Source: an uncultured Clostridia bacterium
GTDB taxonomy: Bacteria > Bacillota > Clostridia > Christensenellales > UBA1242
Assembly: GCA_944381825.1 (NCBI GenBank)
Contig: CALWMK010000003.1
Location: 1,987-65,986, forward strand
DNA: 64,000 nucleotides
Direction: 5' to 3'
Positions within the stretch are counted from its first letter, which is position 1. Each line of letters begins with the position of its first letter. The position numbers were made by a program, and so were the translations under genes. Under the pieces are notes generated by a model. That model had not been told where the DNA came from and searched no databases. It saw only the letters and a list, made by a program, of their open reading frames with translations. Below are positions 1 through 12,500 of this stretch, piece by piece.

Positions 1-1
1 T

Positions 2-3885
<3,884 letters not shown>

Positions 3886-3894
3886 AATTTGTTC

Positions 3895-3962
3895 TTTTTG
3901 TGAAAGAAGAGCAAGCCTCTCACCAGCCAGATTTTATTCTTGGTTAGGTTAAAAAATCTTTA
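3895..3962 (+). repeat. Direct repeat copy 1: duplicated 5' half of the infC/L20 leader
   Basis: Identical to 4680-4747 at 67 of 68 positions (A3936 vs G4721). Starts 10 nt after the ligA stop. No promoter upstream and no 3' partner strand downstream. Confidence 0.9.
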
Positions 3963-3985
3963 TATCTTTGTTAAGGGGGGGGGAG

Positions 3986-4622
3986 ATGGAAAAAACAGGT
4001 TGTGGTGAAGTGCGTGTTGCTCCAGACATAATTAAAGTTAATTTTGAAATTAGTGAAGTTCATAAGGACTATGCTTGCTTCATTAAAAAAGGTAAATGAC
4101 CAAGTCGAAGAGTTAAGAAAGGCTTTATATTCATTGAATATTGATAAAAACAATATTGTTACAAAAGGATTTTATGTTAGGCAAGAATATAAGAGTTTAA
4201 GGAATATTGGGGAGATTGCTAACGAATTTGTAGGATATAAAACTTCACATATTATTGAATTAAATATTGCATATGATACTCCGCTACTTGGTAAAGTTAT
4301 TGATAAAAATTCAAATACTATTGTAGTTCCGCGTATTTCAATTGCTTTCTGTGTAAAGAATCAAGATAACATAAAAAATCAATGTTTGGATTTAGCTGTA
4401 AAAGAAGCGACAAGTTGTGCTAAAGTTTTAGCTAAAGCTGCAGAAGTAGAGTTGGGTGAATTGTTGTCCATTAATCATAGCTTTAGTGAAGTTTATGTTA
4501 ATCAAAGAGAAATGAGTCGTGCTGAGTTGCCTCGTGGTTTTATTGGAAGCAGTTTTAAAGATATGAACGTTAAAGATTTATCTTTTAAAGCTAATGTGAC
4601 TGCAGAATGGAAAATAATTTAA
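3986..4622 (+). pseudogene. SIMPL-domain (DUF541-like) protein, reading frame broken at an A6 run
   Basis: ATG 3986 behind AAGGGGGGGGGAG gives MEKTGCGEVRVAPDIIKVNFEISEVHKDYACFIKKGK*, which stops at 4097-4099. The +1 frame continues ..KKVNDQVEELRKALYSLNIDKNNIVTKGF..GYKT.. to 4622. Joined at A6 (4085-4090), the two parts read as one SIMPL-type protein (GxGxVxVxPD .. I.T .. GY .. LG). Confidence 0.7.
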
Positions 4623-4648
4623 AAGCGCAAGTAAGATACAAAAAAGTG

Positions 4649-4678
4649 TTGACAAGGAAGAATAAATTGTGCTATATT
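4649..4678 (+). promoter_or_regulatory. Sigma-A type promoter of the infC-rpmI-rplT operon
   Basis: TTGACA (4649-4654), 18-nt spacer, TGcTATATT extended -10 (4670-4678). Confidence 0.6.
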
Positions 4679-4679
4679 G

Positions 4680-4800
4680 TTTTTGTGAAAGAAGAGCAAG
4701 CCTCTCACCAGCCAGATTTTGTTCTTGGTTAGGTTAAAAAATCTTTAATTGAATTTGATTTTTTAATGGTGAGACACTGCTTTCATCATTAATTTTTTTT
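4680..4800 (+). promoter_or_regulatory. L20-type ribosomal-protein leader / transcription attenuator upstream of infC (contains repeat copy 2 at 4680-4747)
   Basis: Lies between the promoter and infC. TGAAAG (4686-4691) and TCTCACC (4703-4709) are complementary to CTTTCA (4780-4785) and GGTGAGA (4768-4774), which are the two arms of the terminator hairpin. This is the long-range-pairing layout known for the Firmicute L20 leader. Confidence 0.6.
4763..4800 (+). terminator. Intrinsic terminator (attenuator) immediately before the infC SD
   Basis: Stem of about 12 bp, TTAATGGTGAGA / TTTCATCATTAA (4763-4774 / 4781-4792, with two G-U pairs), 6-nt loop, then T8 at 4793-4800. AGGAGG follows at 4801-4806. 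Confidence 0.75.
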
Positions 4801-4814
4801 AGGAGGATACAAAT

Positions 4815-5330
4815 ATTTTTAAACCATTATTAATAAACGATCAAATTTTGGCTTCAGAAGTTAGACTCATTGATGAACAAGGAGCACAACTTGGAATAGT
4901 TTCTAATGCTGTTGCAAAAAAAATGGCTGAGGAAAAAGGACTTGATTTAGCTATGATTGCTTCAAACTCAAATCCACCAGTTTGCAAAATTATGGATTAT
5001 GGGAAATATAAATTTGAAGCGATAAAGAAAGAAAAAGAACTTAGAAAAAATCAAACCATTATTGAACTAAAAGAAATTCAGCTTTCTATGACCATTGACA
5101 CTCATGATTTGCTCACAAAAGCAAAACATGCTAACAGATTTTTATCAAATGGAGATAAGGTTAAAGTTGTTTTAAGAATGAAAGGACGCCAGCAGGCTTA
5201 TGCAAGCAATGGAGTTGAACTAGTTAAAAAATTTTTTGAACATCTCAAAGACAATGGAAATATTGACAAAGAGCCCGAAATTGTTGGTCGAAATATTATT
5301 ATGATTGTGTCACCAAAAATCAAAAAATAA
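4815..5330 (+). CDS. infC: Translation initiation factor IF-3, probable ATT start
   Basis: ..INDQILASEVRLIDEQGAQLGIV.. and PPVCKIMDYGKYKFE are IF-3 hallmarks. The frame is open back to the TAG at 4800. There is no in-frame ATG or GTG. ATT 4815 lies 8 nt after AGGAGG. The track start (TTG 4848) would remove the conserved N-terminus. Confidence 0.85.
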   Translation: MFKPLLINDQILASEVRLIDEQGAQLGIVSNAVAKKMAEEKGLDLAMIASNSNPPVCKIMDYGKYKFEAIKKEKELRKNQTIIELKEIQLSMTIDTHDLLTKAKHANRFLSNGDKVKVVLRMKGRQQAYASNGVELVKKFFEHLKDNGNIDKEPEIVGRNIIMIVSPKIKK

Positions 5331-5342
5331 GGAGAAAGAAAA

Positions 5343-5537
5343 ATGCCAAAAATAAAATCACATAGTGGAGCTAAAAAGCGTTTTAAAGTAACAGGCTCTG
5401 GTAAAGTTAAATATGCTAAAGCAGGAAGAGGTCACTTTTTAACTGAAAAATCAATGACTCATAAAAGAAAATTGAGAAAAGGTTACTATCTTAGTGGAAA
5501 ACAAGCGAAAAATATTAAAAAGATGATTAATGGTTAA
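5343..5537 (+). CDS. rpmI: 50S ribosomal protein L35
   Basis: [21 protein letters not shown].. is a typical L35 sequence. Operon position is after infC. Confidence 0.95.
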   Translation: MPKIKSHSGAKKRFKVTGSGKVKYAKAGRGHFLTEKSMTHKRKLRKGYYLSGKQAKNIKKMING

Positions 5538-5551
5538 AAGGAGAAAGACAG

Positions 5552-5899
5552 ATGAGAATTAAAAGAGCAGTAAATGCGCAAAAAAAGCGTAGAGCAATTT
5601 TAAAACAAGCAAAGGGTTATTATGGTGCTAGGTCAAAACAATATAGAGTTGCCCGTCAAGCAGTTATGAAAAGTGGTAAATATGCATATATCGGGCGTAG
5701 ACTTAAGAAAAGAGATTTTCGCTCATTATGGATTACAAGAATAAATGCTGCTTGTAGAATAAATGATATTTCTTATAGCAAATTTATGTTTGGTCTTAAA
5801 AAGGCAAATGTTAAACTTAACAGGAAAATGCTTGCAGAAATGGCAGTTAATGATGCTGGTGCTTTTGCAGAACTTGTTAAACTTGCTAAAAATGCATAA
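5552..5899 (+). CDS. rplT: 50S ribosomal protein L20
   Basis: [26 protein letters not shown].. is a typical L20 sequence. SD is AAGGAG. Confidence 0.95.
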   Translation: MRIKRAVNAQKKRRAILKQAKGYYGARSKQYRVARQAVMKSGKYAYIGRRLKKRDFRSLWITRINAACRINDISYSKFMFGLKKANVKLNRKMLAEMAVNDAGAFAELVKLAKNA

Positions 5900-5900
5900 T

Positions 5901-6623
5901 ATGAAAAAATTAACAAAATCAATATTTAAGGAATTTAAAAAGCAAAAATCAAAAGATAAATTTTTGCTTTTTTTGGATACTCCAATACTTGTTGAAGAAG
6001 CGATAAAAAATGGTTATATACCAAGCTTTATTTTAATATCTGAAAATGCAAACTTTGATTTTTTAAAAAATTATTATCATTTATGCTATTTTGCAAGTTC
6101 AGATGAATTAAATTATTTTTCAAATACTAAAACAAATGCTGGATTAATAGCTGCATTTAATGTTAAAACAAAAAAATTTAAAAAAATTGATTCAAACTAT
6201 TTAGTTTTGGATGGTCTTCAAGATGCTGGAAATGTGGGAACTCTTTTAAGAACGGCATTGGCTTGTGATTTTAAAAGCATAATTTTAGTAGATTGTGTTC
6301 ATTTATCTAATCCAAAGTTAATTAGAAGCAGTGCAGGTGCAATTTTTAAATTGAATGTTTTAGAGTGTTCTTTTGATGAATTTACTAAACTCAATTTAAA
6401 AAACCTAATTTATGCAGATATGAATGGTGATGATATAAAAAAATCATCAATGATTGAGCCATTTGGTTTGGTGCTTGGAAATGAGGGTAATGGTGTTAGC
6501 AGTAGAATGCGAAGCTTATGTAATGGTAGCATTTCATTGAGTATGAAAAATAATTTAGAGAGTTTGAATGTAGGTGTTGCAGGCGCCATAATCATGTATT
6601 ACTTTACATTTTTAAAAAATTAA
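5901..6623 (+). CDS. TrmH/SpoU-family RNA 2'-O-methyltransferase
   Basis: SPOUT motifs LVLDGLQDAGNVGTLLRTA, LVLGNEGNGVS and ESLNVGVAGAI. ATG 5901 directly follows the rplT stop. The longer track ORF (from 5763) overlaps rplT. Confidence 0.8.
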   Translation: MKKLTKSIFKEFKKQKSKDKFLLFLDTPILVEEAIKNGYIPSFILISENANFDFLKNYYHLCYFASSDELNYFSNTKTNAGLIAAFNVKTKKFKKIDSNYLVLDGLQDAGNVGTLLRTALACDFKSIILVDCVHLSNPKLIRSSAGAIFKLNVLECSFDEFTKLNLKNLIYADMNGDDIKKSSMIEPFGLVLGNEGNGVSSRMRSLCNGSISLSMKNNLESLNVGVAGAIIMYYFTFLKN

Positions 6624-6633
6624 GGAGGATTTT

Positions 6634-7347
6634 ATGTCAGGTCATAGCAGATGGAGCAATATTAAAAGAACAAAAGAAAAATCAGATGCTCAAAAGGGCA
6701 AGATTTTTACAAAAATTGGAAGAGAACTTGCTGTTGCAGTTAAAAACGGCGGCACAGATCCAGAAACTAATGGAAAACTTAAAGATGCAATTGCAAAAGC
6801 TAAGGCAAATAATATGCCCAATGAAAGTATTCAAAGAGCTTTGAAAAAAGCAAGCGGAGAACTTTCAGATGTAAACTTTGAAGACATTACTTATGAGGGG
6901 TATGGAATAGGTGGCGTTGCTGTGATGGTTAAATGTTTGACAGATAATAAAAACAGAACTGCTGGCGATGTAAGACATGCTTTTGATAAGTTTGGTGGAA
7001 GTTTAGGCTCTAATGGTTGTGTTTCATATCTCTTTACTGAAAAAGGTGTTATTTCTGTTGATTTAAATGAAGATTTTGACAGGGTTTTTGAATTGGCTTT
7101 AGAATTAGGCGCTGAAGATATTGAAAATGCTGACGAAAGCATTGTAATTACAACATCAGTTTCACAGGTTTTTGAAATAGCTCAAAAGCTAGCTGACTCT
7201 AAAATTAAGGTTATTAGTAGTTCAAAAGAGCTTATTCCTTCAACATACATTGCATTAGATGCAGAAAAAACTAAAACTTTTGAAAAAATGATGGATATGT
7301 TAGAAGATTTAGATGATGTGCAAGAAGTTGTGCACAATGCAGAATAA
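6634..7347 (+). CDS. YebC/PmpR-family transcriptional regulator
   Basis: MSGHSRWSNIKRTKEKSDAQKGKIFTK.. is the canonical YebC N-terminus. SD is AAGGAGG. Confidence 0.9.
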   Translation: MSGHSRWSNIKRTKEKSDAQKGKIFTKIGRELAVAVKNGGTDPETNGKLKDAIAKAKANNMPNESIQRALKKASGELSDVNFEDITYEGYGIGGVAVMVKCLTDNKNRTAGDVRHAFDKFGGSLGSNGCVSYLFTEKGVISVDLNEDFDRVFELALELGAEDIENADESIVITTSVSQVFEIAQKLADSKIKVISSSKELIPSTYIALDAEKTKTFEKMMDMLEDLDDVQEVVHNAE

Positions 7348-7357
7348 AGGTGAAATT

Positions 7358-8284
7358 ATGATATATGATTTAATTATTGTTGGAGGAGGACCAGCAGGAC
7401 TCACAGCAAGTATTTATGCTTTAAGAGCAGGAATGAAGGTTCTTTTAGTTGAAAGAATGATGCCTGGAGGACAAGTAGCACAAACTACTAAGATAGAAAA
7501 TTATCCAGGTTTTGAAAGTATTGATGGTTTAGAATTATCAATGAAAATGCATGCTCAAGCTGAAAAATTAGGTCTTGAAATTGAATATGCTGATGTGCTT
7601 GAATATGAGTTAAATAATGAAATTAAAAAAATTAGGACTTATTCAAATGTGTTTGAAGCAAAAAGCCTTATTTTAGCACTAGGTGCATCTGCAAAACAAT
7701 TAAATGTTGCAAATGAGAAAAAGTTTATTGGAAGGGGGTTGAGTTATTGTGCCACATGCGATGGTTCTTTTTTTAAAGATAAAATCGTTGCAATTGTAGG
7801 TGGTGGTAACACATCCTTAGAAGATTGCATATATCTTTCAGGGATAGCCAAAAAAGTTTATCTTATTCACAGACGCGATACCTTTCGTGGTGAACAAGCT
7901 AATGTTGCTAATTTTACTAAAATTCTCAATCAAGAAAATTCAAATGTTAGCCAAATTTTGAATAGTACAATTATTGAACTTATAGGTGAAAATAAGCTTG
8001 AAGGCATTATTTTAGAAAACAAAGTGAATGGAGAAAAAACAAAACTTAATTTAGATGGTTTATTTGTTGCCATAGGTCGCAAGCCAGATACTGAACTTTT
8101 AAAAGACATTCTTAAATTAAATAGTAATGGTTACATTATTACAGACGAAAAAATGAGGACTAGCATTCAGGGAGTTTTTGCCGCAGGAGATGTTAGAGAA
8201 AAGTCACTAAGACAAATTGTCACTGCTTGTAGCGATGGTGCGATTGCAGCTATTTCCGCGTTTGAATTTATTAAAGGGGGCTGA
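7358..8284 (+). CDS. trxB: Thioredoxin-disulfide reductase
   Basis: FAD motif IVGGGPAG, redox-active CATCDG, NADPH motif VGGGNTSLE. Confidence 0.9.
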   Translation: MIYDLIIVGGGPAGLTASIYALRAGMKVLLVERMMPGGQVAQTTKIENYPGFESIDGLELSMKMHAQAEKLGLEIEYADVLEYELNNEIKKIRTYSNVFEAKSLILALGASAKQLNVANEKKFIGRGLSYCATCDGSFFKDKIVAIVGGGNTSLEDCIYLSGIAKKVYLIHRRDTFRGEQANVANFTKILNQENSNVSQILNSTIIELIGENKLEGIILENKVNGEKTKLNLDGLFVAIGRKPDTELLKDILKLNSNGYIITDEKMRTSIQGVFAAGDVREKSLRQIVTACSDGAIAAISAFEFIKGG

Positions 8285-8312
8285 ACCTATTTTAAAAATA
8301 TTCAATTCCGAA

Positions 8313-9551
8313 ATGATTGTGGGCAAATTTGGAGAAGACATAACTCCTAAATTTGCAAAAAAACTTGCAAGTTGCATTTTTAATGTTTTTGAAAGTAACA
8401 ACATGTCTTTTGTTATTGGTAGAGATTCTTTAAATAGAAGTAAAGTTTTAGAGCAGGTTTTAATAAAAGAACTTTCTTTATTAGGCTGTAAAGTTCACTC
8501 TTTGGGAGTTACAACTTCAGGCGCGATAAGTTTTGCAACAAATTTTTATAAAGCTACTGCGGGAATAAATATAACAGCTTCAGCTAGAAATAGAAATTTT
8601 ATTGGCTTTAAAATCTTTAATGGAAATGGTTATGCAATCAGTGATGAACAACTTTCTAAGTTAGAATTTTTATATAAAAACAATTATATTAAAAATTATA
8701 ATATTGAACCAGGGGAAATAATAGAAGAAACAAATTTTAATGATGCATATGTTAATTTTTTAACAAATCATTTAAATTTTAATTATTTTCCATATAATGT
8801 TGCGATTGATGCAGGTTATGGTGCAGGTGCTTATATCGCAAAAGACTTAGCTTCGAATGTTTTTAAAACATTCAAACTTTTTGGATGCGATATTGATGGG
8901 GAAAATATAAATGAATATCAAAATATTGATTATTCATGTTACGATTTTTATATTAAATTAAGTGGAGATTGTGACAGACTAGAAATTTACATGCCAAATG
9001 GGAAAAAAATTGAAGGTGATTTTTTAATTGCCTTTTTTGCTCGTGTTTTACAAAAGAAAAATAATATTTTTACCTTGGTTTCAAATCTCTATACAAATAA
9101 TGCTTATTTTAAATATTTTGACAATAAAAAAATTAAATATTACATTTGTGGAGTTGGAGAAAAAAGAATTGTTGAAAAAATGCTTAAAACAAATAGTGAA
9201 ATTGGCGGAGAAAAGTATGGAGCTTTTTTAAATTTTAATGATTTACAAACTTCAGATGCCTTTTTAACTTTAATTAATTTTTTTAATTTTTTATGTGACT
9301 ATCCTCAAATATTTGAAGAGATTTATAAAATAAAAATCAATCCACAAGTCATAAAAAAAGTCGCTCTTAATGACAATTTTAAAAGCGACAAATTTTTAAA
9401 TGTTCTTTCAGCTTATGAGGCTTTATTAGAAAATGAAGGGAAGATAATTGTTAGACAAGATAAACTTAATGAAATGGTAGAAATCTTTGTAGAATGTCCT
9501 AATGAAAAACTTGCTTTAAAAATTTGCAATAATTTAATTAGTCTTGTTTAG
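8313..9551 (+). CDS. Phosphohexomutase-like protein (GlmM/PGM fold) with degenerate active-site loop
   Basis: Overall PGM/PMM layout: ..GKFGEDITPKFAKKLA.., GINITASARNRNFIGFKIF at the phosphoserine-loop position, SGDCDR at the metal loop, GGEKYG at the sugar loop. Start is uncertain (no SD; similarity begins slightly upstream of ATG 8313). Confidence 0.55.
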   Translation: MIVGKFGEDITPKFAKKLASCIFNVFESNNMSFVIGRDSLNRSKVLEQVLIKELSLLGCKVHSLGVTTSGAISFATNFYKATAGINITASARNRNFIGFKIFNGNGYAISDEQLSKLEFLYKNNYIKNYNIEPGEIIEETNFNDAYVNFLTNHLNFNYFPYNVAIDAGYGAGAYIAKDLASNVFKTFKLFGCDIDGENINEYQNIDYSCYDFYIKLSGDCDRLEIYMPNGKKIEGDFLIAFFARVLQKKNNIFTLVSNLYTNNAYFKYFDNKKIKYYICGVGEKRIVEKMLKTNSEIGGEKYGAFLNFNDLQTSDAFLTLINFFNFLCDYPQIFEEIYKIKINPQVIKKVALNDNFKSDKFLNVLSAYEALLENEGKIIVRQDKLNEMVEIFVECPNEKLALKICNNLISLV

Positions 9552-12500
9552 TATCTTCATTTGAATTATTAGAAGCTTGAGCTAATGAATCATCTTCAAT
9601 TTTTTCTTGCTTAATTTGACTCTCTTCGAGAGCAATTTTTTTTGCATTTTCAGAACGAAGTTTTCTTTGTAAATTTAAAAGGAAATCAGTAGAATTTGCC
9701 TCTTTAATTTTTTCTAAAAGTTTATCTTTTTTATTAGTTAAATTTGTGTGTTTTGTTGCATATGCTTTAAATTCTTTTTCTACTTGTTTATCAATTTTTT
9801 TGCCTTTTTCTTTTCTTTGCTTTTCAAGTCTTGCCTTATTTTCTTCTTCGATTGCTAAAATTTCTTGTTCCAGTTGCTTTAATTGAATATTATAATCTTT
9901 TAATATCTCATCGCGTTTTTCCTGTGCTTGTCTTCTAACAACATCTTGATATAAAGTTCTATTGCGGTCGTATTCAGTAATTTTTTTCTTTTGCCATTTT
10001 TTAAATTTAACATGTCTAAGAGAAAATCCAACAACTGCAATTATTAATGCAAGGGAGGTGATTAGTGCTGGTACAATTAACCAATTAAAATCATTTTCGT
10101 CACTTGGCTCTTGTGGATTTTCCTCTGATTTTATATCGGTCGAGCCTATGATTAAAACATTATCAGTTTTGTTTTCTTCTTGGCTGTTCACTATTGATGC
10201 ATATTCATCTGAAGTAATCTCGGAAATATTAAAATTATCAATGAAAAGCAAGCCAGCGGTTTCATTTTGAGTTGTTAATGCAAATTTAAGATTCACTTCG
10301 GTTGCGGTTGTAGTATTGACATAAATCGTATATTGTTTCCATTCATTATTTGTTTTTATGTTTTCAAGTTTTCCTTCAAGACCTACCAATTCAAAGCTTG
10401 CACCATAATCTTTTTTGTAGTCATTTTCAGGTGTTTGTAATTTTGTTCTCAAATATACTGATAGTTTATATATTTTGTCTGCTTCCAAAGAATTTTTAAA
10501 GGTAGATGTTAAGCTATATGTTGAACTGGTATGGTTTTGAATAAACATTAAATTTTTAATAACATTGAAATTTTCTGGGGCATTGTTTATTTCAAAAATA
10601 TTATTTGTTCCATCTACTATTCCTGTTTCAGAAATTGGGTCAGAATTATCTGGTTGAAATCCCTGTTCAAGCTTGCCATCAAAAGCAATATTTTCATAAA
10701 TTCCATAACTATTAGGTAGAAGGCGTATGTTCATATATGCATTGGTCAAGTCAAGAATTTTGTTAAATCTACCATTATTATTAGCAAGTTCAGTAAACTG
10801 TTCTAAAGTGAGAGAAGAGTTAGAATTTAAATCGACATTATCAATAAACAAATATCCTTGGGTTTTGTTAGCTTGAGTTCCTAATGAAAACTTAAAAGTT
10901 AATGCTGAAGTTGATTCTCCAACTCTTATTGAAATTTTAAATTTTTGCCATACCGAACTAGAGATATTTTCAGATTCGAAAACTTTTACTGAATTTTGGT
11001 CAAAAATTTGAAGATTGAAGTTAATAGTATCTATATTGGCAATTGTTTTAAAATCAAAACTAAAATCATAAAAGGATTCGGAAGAAGTTGTTTTTGATGT
11101 CACATTTACACTTTCAGTAGTAAAACTTTGATAGCTTGAATTTTTATTCCATAACATCAAAATGTTATTGGATTCTTTTGCTAAATCAGATGAAAATCCT
11201 TGAGGATTTCCTGGATTTGAGATATTTCCATAATTTTCTTTATATTTATTATACATCGATTCATTAGTGTTTACAATGCCTGCGATGTTATTTGTTTTGT
11301 TCTCAATTTCGCTTGTCCAGTTTTGCGGAATAACAGGGTAGGAATTATTTGGTTCAGCTAGATTAAAAACACCGTTTTTAATTGTAGTAGATTCAGTTGT
11401 TGTTTTAAGCTCTAATTTTTTTGTTTCAGAAGAATCTGATGCATTTTTAAATTCAGCATATGTTAAGCTTTCAATAGTTATATTATCAAATAAAACACTT
11501 CCGCTAACACCTTCGGTTTCTGTGCCAAGCCATAATTCAATATGAAAGGAAGAATCAAAAAGGGTGTGTCCATAAATATAGAAAGAGTAAGTTTTGTAAC
11601 CATTTAAAACTGTGGATGAATCATTGTTTGAAGAAATTGTAAGCTCAGCAGAATTTGCATTGTAAAAACCTTCTTTTGAATAAAAGTTTTCAACTTTGTC
11701 GCCTTCAACAACTACAATGCGTGCGGTTGTATTGTTTCCAACCTTGGCATTTACATTTACCTTGTAAATTGAATATGCTGGAAGTTCAATTTCAGTTGAG
11801 GAAAAACCAAAGCCACGCTCTTTTGCGGTTTTAGAAGCTAACCAAAGAGCACGATTTCCTTCAACATTGTCTCCGCCAAGATATTCAAATCCTTCACTTG
11901 TCATTATTTGTGGATCATTAGTATTAATAACTTTATGAATTGTGCCAGCAGGGAAGGCAGAAAGGCTTGTCCAACCCTCTATGCCATTTTCAAAATTAGA
12001 GTTTGTAACAGATGTTATATAATTTTTTTCAATTGTTAAAATTTTTGATTTTTCATTTGATGATTTTTCACTATCAAATGAGGTTTTAGAAAGTTTATAG
12101 CCTGTTACATTATCAAAAAATACTGCATTTGGTGATTTGACGGATTCAGTTCCAAGATAAAGTTCAAAATGAACCGTTTCATTGTTGGAACCTGTTTCTA
12201 TATAAAAGTGATATTCTGACCATTTTGTAGACACAATTTTTTCAAAACTTAAAGAATTTTCTTCATTTTCACTTTTTAAATATATTGATGCTATAGCGCC
12301 TATTTCAGTTTTAACTAAAACACTAAAATGATAGTAAGAATAAGGAAATAATGTTAAATTTGATGATTTATAACCTTGATTAAAACTGGAGGTTGTTGAA
12401 ACAGAACTCTTTGCATTTATCATTAAAATTTTTGTGTCACTAGAATCTTTATAATAAGTTTCAGGATTAGTGGAAAGATTATACGTATTAGTATAAGTAG

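Noticed and set aside
5763-5900. Upstream extension of the TrmH-family ORF overlapping rplT
   Set aside because: The extension is the +1 frame of the conserved L20 C-terminus. ATG 5901 directly after the rplT stop gives a normal MKKLTK.. N-terminus.
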